A stretch of DNA of 16,946 nucleotides, from contig JBMSQQ010000073.1 of NCBI GenBank assembly GCA_049423385.1, positions 1 through 16,946 of the forward strand, given 5' to 3'. Below, one piece after another: positions 6,848-16,600 of this stretch. Both the position numbers and the translations under genes were made by a program. A model generated the notes under the pieces. It was not told the origin of the DNA and did no database searches. It saw only the letters and a program-made list of their open reading frames with translations. Origin of the DNA: Silvanigrellaceae bacterium. Lineage in GTDB: Bacteria; Bdellovibrionota_B; Oligoflexia; Silvanigrellales; Silvanigrellaceae. Position 1 is the first letter of the stretch. Each line of letters opens with the position of its first letter.

Positions 6848-7819
6848 TCAAAGCAGGATGCCGACATCCAGACCGAAACGTGATGTCTTTTGCGTGCGGC
6901 CTACTCCTGCAAAAACCGAAAGGGTTTTGTTTTCAAAACCAAGGCGGCCCTCGCCACCAAAGTCATCACGCCACTTGTTTTCCTCGTCCCACACTCCGCC
7001 TCCCAAAGCGCGAGCACCCAGGATGACACCATTGATGTTGAATCCTGCACCCAAAAGTGCGTGAGCGCTGGCTTGCTTCATCAATTTGTCACCTTTGGAC
7101 ATCGACGCCAATGTGGCACCAGCTTCGGTTCTCAGGTTTGGCATGCCCGTGTTCGGACGAACATACGCAACCTCAAGCCCAATGACCGGAAAAGACTCAT
7201 CCAGGTCGCGGTCTGAATCTTGTCCCATTCGGGCTGCAATACGTCCAAAATTTTCACGCATCGACTCTGACTTGATCACGGGTTCAACCGAAACGCGCGG
7301 CAATTCGCCACCTTCTTTTTGAGGCTCGATCTGAGGCTCCCCCGTCTCGGAGCCTGCACCCGCAGTGGTGTGGAGTCGCCGGTCCTCGGTTGTCACAGAG
7401 CCCGACGCATCCGCCATCGCTGCCTTGACCTCGGGTGTAAGAGAAATAATTGTCATTCGCAACGTGTCACCGAGCTCCCGGCTGGGCCCCGCATTGACGG
7501 ACTCAATGCGAACGTTGGGAAACTCGGAAGTGAGCTTACCTCGGAGATTTTCCAGACGGGCGTTTGCGCGCCACAAATTCGTCTTGTGAGTGCCTGCCAA
7601 CCTCGTGCTTGCAATAATCTGAACATGTTCAACATCAGCCTTTCGATTTGCAAAGACCGAAAGGCAATCATCGAGTTGCTTGCTGGGTAGCACCGTCTGC
7701 TTACTTGAATATTTCAATGTGCAATTTCGAATCTCGGTGTGTGCCTTGTCAGCTGCATGCGCAAATTTGGTACCAGCAAGCAAAGCAGCGCTGGCCATCA
7801 GAAGTCGAATTCCCTTCAT
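6848..7819 (-). CDS. Outer membrane protein: signal peptide, degenerate OmpA-like domain, linker, C-terminal ~8-stranded beta-barrel
   Basis: AGGAGG RBS before MKGIRLL...FAHA signal peptide. About eight alternating amphipathic Gly-rich strands at the C-terminus, ending SRFGLDVGILL. Confidence 0.7.
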   Translation of the reverse strand: MKGIRLLMASAALLAGTKFAHAADKAHTEIRNCTLKYSSKQTVLPSKQLDDCLSVFANRKADVEHVQIIASTRLAGTHKTNLWRANARLENLRGKLTSEFPNVRIESVNAGPSRELGDTLRMTIISLTPEVKAAMADASGSVTTEDRRLHTTAGAGSETGEPQIEPQKEGGELPRVSVEPVIKSESMRENFGRIAARMGQDSDRDLDESFPVIGLEVAYVRPNTGMPNLRTEAGATLASMSKGDKLMKQASAHALLGAGFNINGVILGARALGGGVWDEENKWRDDFGGEGRLGFENKTLSVFAGVGRTQKTSRFGLDVGILL

Positions 7820-8032
7820 GTCGCCTCCTGTCTTCCGGGGTGGTTCTTTGGTCGAACAATGCACTCGAATATGTCCTCCAGAATCCTGGGCCCATCAATT
7901 GTCGAATCTGAAAAAACAGCAAGGAAGGGAAAATGATTTTGTCACAGAAAGAATTTCGATGGAAAGTTGACTCACGCAAACCTAAAAAACACAGATAATC
8001 TGAGGAAACAGAACGGAATCGACGGAGTTTGC

Positions 8033-8611
8033 GTGAACGTCGTTGTCAAAAAAAACAATGGAATGATTTTTGGTCCCATCTCAATCGAAGACCTGTCACA
8101 CCTGCTGGACAGTGGGCAAGTTTTGAAAAGCGAATGGGCGGCTCAGGTCGGCTCCAACGATTGGCAACCTGTTCAGAAATTTCTCAAGTCTGTTGGTTTT
8201 GGAAGCAATCCCATGGCAAGTCATCCAAAGCGACTCGCCGCCTTCCTCGTCGATTGTGCATTTCTGTTGGCAATTTACCACGGGCTCAATCCCCTGATCG
8301 AAAATCTGCCGACTTTCGTGATCAACCACTGGGATTCGACTCGCCATTTCCTGCTGTCTTTCGCTGTCTGGCAAGTCATCATTTCACTCATGCAATCCTC
8401 CCGCTTGCAGGCGTCCATTGGCAAAGCCATGTTTGGACTCGTGGTTGTGAATGAAAACAAGAAACGACTTGGCCTCAACCAATCTCTTGCACGACAGTTT
8501 GCTTTTGCCGCGACGGCTTCATTCCTCGTTTTTTTTCTGATGCCACTGTTCACAAGCAAAAGACAGGGTGCACATGATATCATGCTGCACACGCAGGTGA
8601 TTGAAGTCTAA
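8033..8611 (+). CDS. GYF_2 + RDD family membrane protein
   Basis: GTG start with GGAG RBS. N-terminal FGPISIEDL..L..G.V.....G..DWQP is GYF_2-like. RDD motifs: KRLAAFLVD, QASIGKAMFGLVV, KRQGAHD. Confidence 0.85.
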   Translation: MNVVVKKNNGMIFGPISIEDLSHLLDSGQVLKSEWAAQVGSNDWQPVQKFLKSVGFGSNPMASHPKRLAAFLVDCAFLLAIYHGLNPLIENLPTFVINHWDSTRHFLLSFAVWQVIISLMQSSRLQASIGKAMFGLVVVNENKKRLGLNQSLARQFAFAATASFLVFFLMPLFTSKRQGAHDIMLHTQVIEV

Positions 8612-8616
8612 AAAAA

Positions 8617-9228
8617 TCAGATTTCGGGATCGGCACTCCGCACCCGGACAACTTTTGTTCGTCCGACGAAGTCTGTCACAAAGAATCCCATGAATGTCAG
8701 AAGGAAAAGCGGCGGGAGCATCGCACGACCCAATGTCTCCCTAAAAAAAACGCTGATGATGCCGAGCTTTTGGTTTGGAAAGTTGCGCGGCACAACCTGA
8801 ATCCCGATGATGCGCTTGCCGACGGTCATGCCGCCTCGCCACGTCATCCCCACCCAATACAGGAAAGGCACCAGAATCGACAACACTGCTGTTACCAGCA
8901 AGCTTGCAAGATGTGGAATGTTCAAAAAACGAGTTGCGAAAAAGTCGAACACGGAAACCAACAGCAAAGTCAAAGGACCCGACACCGACAAATCTATTGC
9001 GTAAGCGAACAGCCTGTCTTGCAGTGATGCATCCGGATAAATCGAAAAATCCTGTTCAAACTGAAACCTCAACAACGAGTCCGGTTGCTGAAATGGATTC
9101 CTGCTTTTGGCAGGTGCCGGAGCGCTGCTGCGCGCTGCCATCATCTTCATTTCAATGACAGACAACTTCTCGTTTTTTGCAGAAGACGCAGTTTCGGGTT
9201 GTTGCGAAACAGCTTTATCCGACGTCAT
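8617..9228 (-). CDS. RDD family membrane protein
   Basis: ASLQDRLFAYAID, GMTVGKRIIGIQVV, RET and TDFVGRTKVV motifs. Start placed at ATG 9228 (GAGGG RBS), overlapping the rhomboid gene end by 14 bp; GTG 9270 is the alternative. Confidence 0.82.
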   Translation of the reverse strand: MTSDKAVSQQPETASSAKNEKLSVIEMKMMAARSSAPAPAKSRNPFQQPDSLLRFQFEQDFSIYPDASLQDRLFAYAIDLSVSGPLTLLLVSVFDFFATRFLNIPHLASLLVTAVLSILVPFLYWVGMTWRGGMTVGKRIIGIQVVPRNFPNQKLGIISVFFRETLGRAMLPPLFLLTFMGFFVTDFVGRTKVVRVRSADPEI

Positions 9229-10843
9229 TGTCTGCACCCTCGCCAGCCCGGTCAATGTGTTTCCTGACACAGTCGACGACGATCCGATTCGACAGCGATG
9301 GCAAGGTCTCGAGAATCTCTTCGGCCCCCCTGGTTTCAGACAATTTCTTGGCTATTCCATCGATAGAACTCAACACCGCAGGTGACTGCCGACTGCGCGG
9401 GTACAAATACAGATACGCATCGAGACAACGGATGGCGAGTCCAAGACGTTCAGCTTTGACCGCAGATTCCGCAAGCGACATCCACGTCAATTGTCCCGTT
9501 CGAGGGGTCAACTGTATCAACGGGATATCCTTGGGACACACGTCAAGCAATCCCAGACCAATGTGTTTCATTCCAAATTTTGTCGTGAGAGCAAGCACGT
9601 CTGCAAAATACTTCTCGGCAAATTCAATAATTCTTGACCGCAACGGATGATCAGGCTCATCTCTAAGAAGTGCAAAGCCCTTGTGAATCGTGAGGCCTGC
9701 GGGAAATGGATTGTCGAGGTTGGTGGCAACTTGAACATTTGCCTTTTCCAGGAGTTCTTCCATACTGCCCGCTCTCTTCAATTCTTCGTATTTGCGTTCT
9801 TCACCCAGAAACAGGAATCCTGCAGGCCGTTTGTTCGACAGCTTTAGAATCGCTGTCATTAGTGCAGCAACACCAAATGCGGCCAGATGCGCTCCATGCG
9901 CAATATTCCCGCCAAAGGGATCCTTCAGACTGTTCAGGAGCCCTTGAACATCACCAATCACCGTCAGAAATGGCAGCATGTATTTCACCGGAATTTTGAA
10001 CACGGCAAAACGGAACGGAACCCAACACAAAACATTCATCCGACTTGAGGCAAACAAAACGTAGTACATGCCGGCGACGGCAGAGACGATCGCCGATCCA
10101 CCAAGAAGCATTGTTTCTCCCGGCAGACTGATGGCGTCGAACATCATTCCGAAAGTTCCCGCAGTTGCCGCAATCAGCAGAAACCACCAGGGAGCAAGTG
10201 CACTTTCAACAGCAGTACCAATCATGACGAAGACAATCGTGTTTCCCCAGAAATGACTCGCCGAACCATGTCGAAACTGTGCGTCCAAAAGTGATTTGAA
10301 ATTGACGTTGTCGCGCGTCAAGCGGTTTGAGGCTTGAAGCCAGGCACGCGACTTCTCGTCGACATATTCAAGTGAACGGATCACCTTCGAATGGGAAGGA
10401 TATTTTTTAAACGACTCAAAATCATTTCCGGCACCGGAAATGAAATTTTTCATTCGAATCTTTTTTCTGAGGCAATCCGTGTCGCCCCGTTTGCAGCGTT
10501 CGAGCTGCAAAGCCACCTGCTGAGCGTTGTCGGAAGAAAATTCTTCCTTGGCATCCGGCGATATGCCGCGGACCCTGAGAACGACCGCGGCCGCTGCCTT
10601 TGCCTCGGAAGAACATTCTGTCGAATCCTCTTCTTCGTCCTCATCCAGACAGGCCTGCACAAACAGGCTTTCCAGGTTGGCCTTGAGTCCGGAGTGGGTT
10701 GCGGCGGCACGGCCCACGTCGTCACGGGACCTCGAGATGTCCTCGCCGAACAAAAAAACAACAAACCAGACAACTGCAACAAGCATTGTCAGAATGGGAG
10801 TTCGGGGTAGTTTATGTCCCAATCCAAAAGGAACACTCAGCAT
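9215..10843 (-). CDS. Rhomboid family intramembrane serine protease with large loop insertion and C-terminal helical/TPR-like domain
   Basis: HGSASHFWGN (HxxxxHxxxN), LLGGSAI (GxS catalytic Ser) and NIAHGAHLAAF (catalytic His). Start chosen at MLSVPFG (10843); 10870 is possible. Confidence 0.85.
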   Translation of the reverse strand: MLSVPFGLGHKLPRTPILTMLVAVVWFVVFLFGEDISRSRDDVGRAAATHSGLKANLESLFVQACLDEDEEEDSTECSSEAKAAAAVVLRVRGISPDAKEEFSSDNAQQVALQLERCKRGDTDCLRKKIRMKNFISGAGNDFESFKKYPSHSKVIRSLEYVDEKSRAWLQASNRLTRDNVNFKSLLDAQFRHGSASHFWGNTIVFVMIGTAVESALAPWWFLLIAATAGTFGMMFDAISLPGETMLLGGSAIVSAVAGMYYVLFASSRMNVLCWVPFRFAVFKIPVKYMLPFLTVIGDVQGLLNSLKDPFGGNIAHGAHLAAFGVAALMTAILKLSNKRPAGFLFLGEERKYEELKRAGSMEELLEKANVQVATNLDNPFPAGLTIHKGFALLRDEPDHPLRSRIIEFAEKYFADVLALTTKFGMKHIGLGLLDVCPKDIPLIQLTPRTGQLTWMSLAESAVKAERLGLAIRCLDAYLYLYPRSRQSPAVLSSIDGIAKKLSETRGAEEILETLPSLSNRIVVDCVRKHIDRAGEGADNDVG

Positions 10844-10863
10844 CTTGGCGCCCCAGACCGTGT

Positions 10864-10883
10864 GGCTCATCGCCCGATGAGCC
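10864..10883. promoter_or_regulatory. Perfect 8-bp hairpin upstream of the rhomboid gene
   Basis: GGCTCATC-GCCC-GATGAGCC, 20 bp upstream of ATG 10843. Function unknown. Confidence 0.4.
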
Positions 10884-11008
10884 CTACAGATTCTTCTGGG
10901 TATCGGCGGAGCACCAACGCTTTCTGAAGACAAATTTGAAAACTTGTTGACCAATCGCCTGTTTGCGCTTAACCAGCCAAAAGTCCTGAACTAACAGGAG
11001 ACAACGGG

Positions 11009-11695
11009 ATGAGTGCGCTGCGCTTTGCTATGTTAGGCCTCTTGCTCACATCTTGTGGACGCCAGAAGGCCGTTGAATCCAACCCAACGACTGCTGCCGT
11101 CAGCAGTACAGAAGTTGGCAAGACCATACTGGCTGGCGATGTCTTGCTGGTGCCCCTCAATTGCTATGTCTGCAACGCCATCGAATCCGAGATCGGGTTG
11201 CCCTATTCCCATTCGGTGGTTGTTGCAAACACCACCACTGACGCGAGCAAAAGATACGTTTTTGAGGCCTGGGGCACGGTCAAAAAAACGCCTTACCTTG
11301 AAATTCTCCGCCGCAAACAAAAAAACCAGAAACTTTTTCATCTGCGGGCCGCAGAATTCGCTGCCTCCAAGCGCCCCGGACAGAAAGAAATCTCCTCAAT
11401 TTTTGAACGTGAATTTGGCGGATTGCCGTTTGACGATGAATATCTTTGGACAAACACGGACGAACAAGGCCGCGACAAACTTTATTGTTCTGAATTTGTC
11501 ATCAAATTCATGAATAGATTGTCAACAAAAAAGCTCAACCCGTCGCCCATGGATTTTTCGAGGAACTTGCCATTCTGGAAAAAATACTACGAGCAATTTG
11601 GAATGCTCCCTCCCACGGGTCAGCCGGGCGGCTCACCCGCATCGATCTATTTCAGTGACCTCTACCTGAGATTGGGAGAGATCGAAGAAAACTGA
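11009..11695 (+). CDS. YiiX/YebB-like permuted papain-like (NlpC/P60) amidase lipoprotein
   Basis: AGGAG RBS and lipobox LTS-C. Motifs LAGDVLL, YSHSVVV (His), GLPFDDEY and LYCSEFV (Cys) occur in the permuted His-before-Cys order. Confidence 0.88.
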   Translation: MSALRFAMLGLLLTSCGRQKAVESNPTTAAVSSTEVGKTILAGDVLLVPLNCYVCNAIESEIGLPYSHSVVVANTTTDASKRYVFEAWGTVKKTPYLEILRRKQKNQKLFHLRAAEFAASKRPGQKEISSIFEREFGGLPFDDEYLWTNTDEQGRDKLYCSEFVIKFMNRLSTKKLNPSPMDFSRNLPFWKKYYEQFGMLPPTGQPGGSPASIYFSDLYLRLGEIEEN

Positions 11696-11738
11696 AAGTT
11701 GCTTTTCCAATTTTTTCAAATCAACACGAGTGCAGGTC

Positions 11739-13004
11739 ATGAGTCATTTCTCTGGAGTTTTGGGTATTCTATTCATGATTGGAATTTGCTGGTTCTTCAG
11801 CGAAAACCGCAAGGCAATTCCTTGGAAGACGGTTGGAATTGCAACGCTGATGCAATTGATCCTCGGTATTGCAATTGCCGGCATACCTGCCCTCGGAATC
11901 AACGGACCACTGAGCGGTTTTTTTGGTGCAGCCAATGATGCCATCATTGCAACCCTTGCTTTTGTTGATAAAGGTTCAGGCTTCGTGTTCGGGCCTCTCA
12001 CCCAACCTGAAAAAATTGGCGATTACATCATCGCCTTCAAGGTTCTTCCATCCATCATCTTTTTTGCATCATTGATGGCTGTGCTTTACCATTTCGGCAT
12101 CATGCAAAGGATCGTCAATACTCTCGCCTGGATCATGAGACGATATTTAGGAATCTCCGGTCCGGAATCCTTGTCCACGGCTGGAAACATCTTTCTTGGA
12201 CAAACCGAAGCTCCCCTTTTGATAAAGCCTTACGTGGAAAGCATGTCACGCAGCGAAATGATGTGCATCATGGTGGGAGGATTTGCCAACGTCGCAGGCG
12301 GGGTTTTGGCAGCCTACGTTGGAATGCTTGCCGGAATCATTCCAGACATCGCAGGTCATCTGCTGACGGTCAGCGTGATGTCTGCTCCGGCGACAATTGT
12401 CTTTTCCAAGATTCTGGTTCCGGAAACGAGCATTCAAGGCAACCACAAAGACGCAACACTGCAGGGGAAGTCGATCTACACAAACGGAATCGACGCAGCA
12501 GCGCAGGGCGCGCTTGAAGGAACGCAACTCGCCATCACTGTTGGTGGCATGTTGATCGCATTCATCGCACTCATGGCACTGGGCAATGGTGCACTTGCCT
12601 GGCTCAGCAACAGCACAGGAATATCTGCGAAACTCGGCAACCCCTTGAGTCTTGAATTGCTTCTCGGTTGGCTCTTTTCACCCTTTGCGTGGTTGCTTGG
12701 AGTTTCGGCAGAACACATGAATTTTGCCGGGCAACTGCTGGGTAAGAAGCTCATCCTCAATGAGTTCGTGGCATACCTGGACCTTGCCAAAAACGGAGCC
12801 TCTCTCGACAGGCGCTCAGCTCTCATCATGTCATACGCGCTGTGTGGTTTCGCCAATTTCGGCTCCATTGCCATCCAAATTGGTGGGATTGGCGGCATGG
12901 CTCCCGGCAAAAAGTCAGAACTGGCGGAATTGGGCCTGAAAGCCATGCTGGCGGGTATGTTTGCCTCTGCCATGTGCGGAGCCATCATGGGACTTTTGTT
13001 CTAG
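11739..13004 (+). CDS. nupC: CNT (NupC/NupX) family nucleoside:cation symporter
   Basis: FSENRKAIPWKTV, AFKVLPSIIFF, NIFLGQTEAPL, KLILNEFVAY and ALCGFANFGSIAIQIGG motifs. GTG 11730 is an alternative start. Confidence 0.93.
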   Translation: MSHFSGVLGILFMIGICWFFSENRKAIPWKTVGIATLMQLILGIAIAGIPALGINGPLSGFFGAANDAIIATLAFVDKGSGFVFGPLTQPEKIGDYIIAFKVLPSIIFFASLMAVLYHFGIMQRIVNTLAWIMRRYLGISGPESLSTAGNIFLGQTEAPLLIKPYVESMSRSEMMCIMVGGFANVAGGVLAAYVGMLAGIIPDIAGHLLTVSVMSAPATIVFSKILVPETSIQGNHKDATLQGKSIYTNGIDAAAQGALEGTQLAITVGGMLIAFIALMALGNGALAWLSNSTGISAKLGNPLSLELLLGWLFSPFAWLLGVSAEHMNFAGQLLGKKLILNEFVAYLDLAKNGASLDRRSALIMSYALCGFANFGSIAIQIGGIGGMAPGKKSELAELGLKAMLAGMFASAMCGAIMGLLF

Positions 13005-13031
13005 ACAAGGAGCCAGCGAGAGCGCCTCAAA

Positions 13032-13436
13032 TCAAATGCGAGTCAACTGAAAAGTCTGTTTTCCGCAATTGACTGTTGCCGAATTGGAAAGAATTGAAAA
13101 CGTGCAGCGATGATTGCCCTTGTCCAGGCAACCTTCGGGTCCATCGCTCTCAGTGACCTTGATATTCACCAAGCCGGCTTTGGACAGATTGGGTGGATAC
13201 AGGAACCGACTGCGGCATGCCGCAGAGACGGCAGAACAGTCCGGGCTGAACGTCCAGGTATCGTCTGCCGGCATCGAAGCCTTCCAAGACCCCACAATCG
13301 GCGACTCCAGGCATGCGTCTTTGCCAAAAGGAGCTGGTTGTTCTTCGAGCAACGGCTTCGAAACGCACGAAATACAACCCAGAGCCCCAACAAAAGCCAA
13401 CGAAAGAGCCCTCAGAACGCCACAATTGAACATCAT
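13032..13436 (-). CDS. Cys-rich lipoprotein, possibly lipocalin-like beta fold
   Basis: AGGTGG RBS and signal peptide II (ALG-C or IS-C). IVGSWK...TWTFSPD pattern. Six further Cys after the two N-terminal candidates. Confidence 0.7.
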   Translation of the reverse strand: MMFNCGVLRALSLAFVGALGCISCVSKPLLEEQPAPFGKDACLESPIVGSWKASMPADDTWTFSPDCSAVSAACRSRFLYPPNLSKAGLVNIKVTESDGPEGCLDKGNHRCTFSILSNSATVNCGKQTFQLTRI

Positions 13437-13515
13437 CGTGCACCACCTAAATTTTCATTGTTATTCCGAGAGATTAACCAAAGAAAGCGAGAAAATCCAA
13501 AGTATCGACAAAAAC

Positions 13516-13530
13516 GCAACTCGAGTGCCC
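13516..13530 (-). promoter_or_regulatory. Candidate sigma54 (-24/-12) promoter for the Cys-rich lipoprotein
   Basis: Minus strand reads GGGCAC-TCGAG-TTGC: exact GG-N10-GC spacing and one mismatch to TGGCAC-N5-TTGC. It lies 80 bp upstream of the start codon. Confidence 0.6.
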
Positions 13531-13548
13531 GAATGACGATTAAAAAAA

Positions 13549-13561
13549 CAATAATTTCATT
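13549..13561 (-). promoter_or_regulatory. Candidate IHF binding site
   Basis: Minus strand AATGAAATTATTG has one mismatch to WATCAANNNNTTR. It sits in an AT-rich tract about 45-57 bp upstream of the predicted sigma54 start site. Confidence 0.4.
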
Positions 13562-13673
13562 ACTTTTAACCTATCCATCATCGACCCGCCAAATATCTCT
13601 CAAGGATTTCCTCCCGAGCACCGACCATGCCCTATGAAACGGACCTGCATGACTTCCTCGCAAGGAGATGGGT

Positions 13674-16600
13674 ATGAAAAGACTTCTCAAGAGAAATTTT
13701 CCCACGTTCCCATTGGCACTTACAGTTCTCGGCGTGGTTGGTGCCAGCTGTGGATTGCGGGAAACGAAGTCGAGCTCGACCACTTCCCTGTTGGGGCAAA
13801 TTCAGAAGGCAAGCAACGCAGGTGCGGTGACCGCAACACCCAAAACGAGCGTCCAAATCGACGAGCTCAAAAAACAACTCCGCGATGCAACAGAATTTTG
13901 GAAATTGAGCTTGGAGAAGGAATCCAAGGAACGAAAGGATGCCGACGATTCCATCCGAGCCGACGTGCTCAGCTTGAGTGAGAAACTCGAAGCACTCCGG
14001 GGTCGGCTTGACTCGGAAATCGCGCGTCTCGACAAAACGCTTCGCGATGAGTTTGATGCGAAACTCAAAGCGCAGGAAGCATCATTGACCGCAAAGATTT
14101 CTGCGGAAACCAATGCACGCGAATCGGCGTTGAGAGCGGTTGACGAAAGCCTGCGCGCAACCAAGTCGGAACTCGAAGGAAAGATCAGCAGTCTTGACAA
14201 GAAAACCCAGGACTCGATTCTTTTGACGAATGAGAAACTCGCAGCGGCGGAGGCGCGCCTCACGGCGCTGGTGGAAACAACCAACCAGGCAACACTCGAC
14301 AAGTTGAACAAAACAAAGGCCGAGTTGATATCCGACATGAAAGGCCTTGAAGATCGCGCAAACAAGTCGATCGAGTCCGTCAAAACAGAATTGCAATTGA
14401 TGATCAATACCAACGACGCTGCAGCCCAGGCGAAATTTGCTGAACTCCAAAGCCAACTCAAACTCGCAAAATCGGCTTTGGAAGCGCAGCAGGCCTCCCT
14501 CAAACTGCAAATGGATACAGCCAATGCAGAGCTGAAGTCCGCATTGTCTGTGTCCAATCAGGCACTCACCGATCGCATTCACACATTGGACCTTGTCACG
14601 CAGGGACAATTGTCTGCGGTCAAAACCGAACTTGAAACAAAGATCCTCAACAACGGCAGTGAGCTCTCGACGTTGATCAGCCTTGCGCGGGAAGAAGCTC
14701 AAAACAATCTGGTGACAGCTATCGGCGTCCAGAATGCGCAATTGGTTTCCGTGATGACCGAAGCTGACAACGCTCTGCGTGCAGAGCTTTCAAACAAAAT
14801 CGCAACCGAAAGCGCAAGCCAGGCTGCAGCACTGCAGGCATTCAAGCAGGAAGTTGACGCAACATATGCAAAACAAGTGGACCTGATTGCGTTGCAGGGC
14901 GTGGTCAATGGACTCACCAATGCAATGAATATTCTCGACCACAAGGTGGATGACAACGACAAGCGATTGAGCGATGCAGTCAGAAATGTTCGCATGGAGC
15001 TGATCGGCAAGATTGGCAATGTCCAGGCCAGCGTCACTTCCCTGCGTGGCGACTTTTTGAGCCACGTGAAGGCGTACAACTTGAAAGTTGCCGAACTGGC
15101 GGCGCAGACACGCAAAGCCGCGAGCGACTTGCGCGCGGAAATGGCCACTGCAGCTGCCCACGATGAATCCCAACGTGCCAAATTGCAGGCAGCCATTGAA
15201 GATCTGAGCGTGAAACTGACGAACACTGAAGATTTTGCAATCAAGACCCGCGACGCACTGACCGGAAAAATTGTCGAACTCGAACAACGCGACAGCGAAC
15301 TGAGCAATGACATCCGCGATGCGCGCAACGACGCGACTGCTGAACTCAGCGCGGCAATCGCTGAAGAACAGCAGGCACGACAGGCGATCGCTGCAGACGT
15401 CAAGAAGTTGCAGGCTGAAGTGGAGCGCGTGAGCCAGGTTGCAAGCCAGGCATTGTCGCTTTCCAAAGCCAATGAGCTTGCGGTTGCAGGCCTGAAAACC
15501 GATCTCGCGGAAGCGCAAGCCCGTTGGGATTCCGAATTGAAACAACTCCGCGGCGATATGGAGAAGGAAATTGGCGATATTCGCGCCCAATCACAATTAA
15601 TCATCCGTGGTTTGGGTCTGGATGCGCAAACCCACTTCGCGGAAACAGCCACGCAGCTTGCAGACGTCAAGAACAAGATCGCAGGTCTCGTCTCTGAAAT
15701 GGGCCGCGCGATTGAAAAGGGAATTCAGCTGTCGTCGGATCCGGTTGTGAAGAGCTCATCTGCTGAGAAGGCGGCGGCATTCAACAAGAAGGTTTCGAAG
15801 GATCTGTCGCAGTCGTGGGGTGGCAAGATGATCACCCTGCAAGACCTTGCTTCACAACGCATGGATGATTTCACGAAAGTCCTGGGCAGGGTTGAATCCG
15901 AATTCCTGTTGGCCATCGACTATGCCGAAGTTCTCAACGATGACCAAAAGACTCAAGACCTCTACGCAATGAACTCCTCTTTCATCAGCAAGGTGGTCAA
16001 CCTTAAAAACTCTGCCGGAGTGTCTGTCTGTTCTGGCTCGAGTGACGGCGACGTACGTGACAATGTTCCTCTGGTGATGGCATCGGTGAACAACAATGAA
16101 TTCTGGGCACACATCGCTCGCGCGTATGTGCAGATGGTTGTTTCGGGTAGCCGAACCGGTGATGCGGAACTCGACAAGATTTTCCACGGGACAGCGGCGT
16201 TGGCAGACGGCCAAGGCTTTCAATCGGCACTCGCAATGGCGAGCCTTCCTTCGATGGCCGCAGGTGCGGGTGGCGAGTGCATCAGCCGTGTGAATGACTG
16301 GGCAAAAGGAATGTTGTTTGGCACCAGCGATGTTTCAGTTCGATTGCGCAACGGTTTGGCTGCGCGCGCAGGACTCAAGAAACTTCTCACCGAGGGATCG
16401 CTCGAAGCTGCTTACAAGGGACTTGCGTCGCCTGCGAGCAGTATCGAGGCAATCGCGACCGAGTCGCTGAAACCTGCCTTTGGAAACGATGCGTCCAAGG
16501 TTGCAACTTACATGCGCTCCGGCGATGTCGCCAAGGGTGACCCTGGTTTCTTTGCGACCGCTTCGCAGATATTGCAGGAATACGGATCAACTCTCGCGCA

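Noticed and set aside
10900..10927. sigma28-like GCCGATAC upstream of the rhomboid (and TCAAG-N15-ACCGACCA at 13600-13627)
   Set aside because: In each case only one box matches well and the spacing is off consensus, so the evidence is insufficient.
13802..16590. Several long minus-strand ORFs (251, 219, 325, 266 aa and others)
   Set aside because: They are antisense shadows of the giant plus-strand ORF, with atypical composition.
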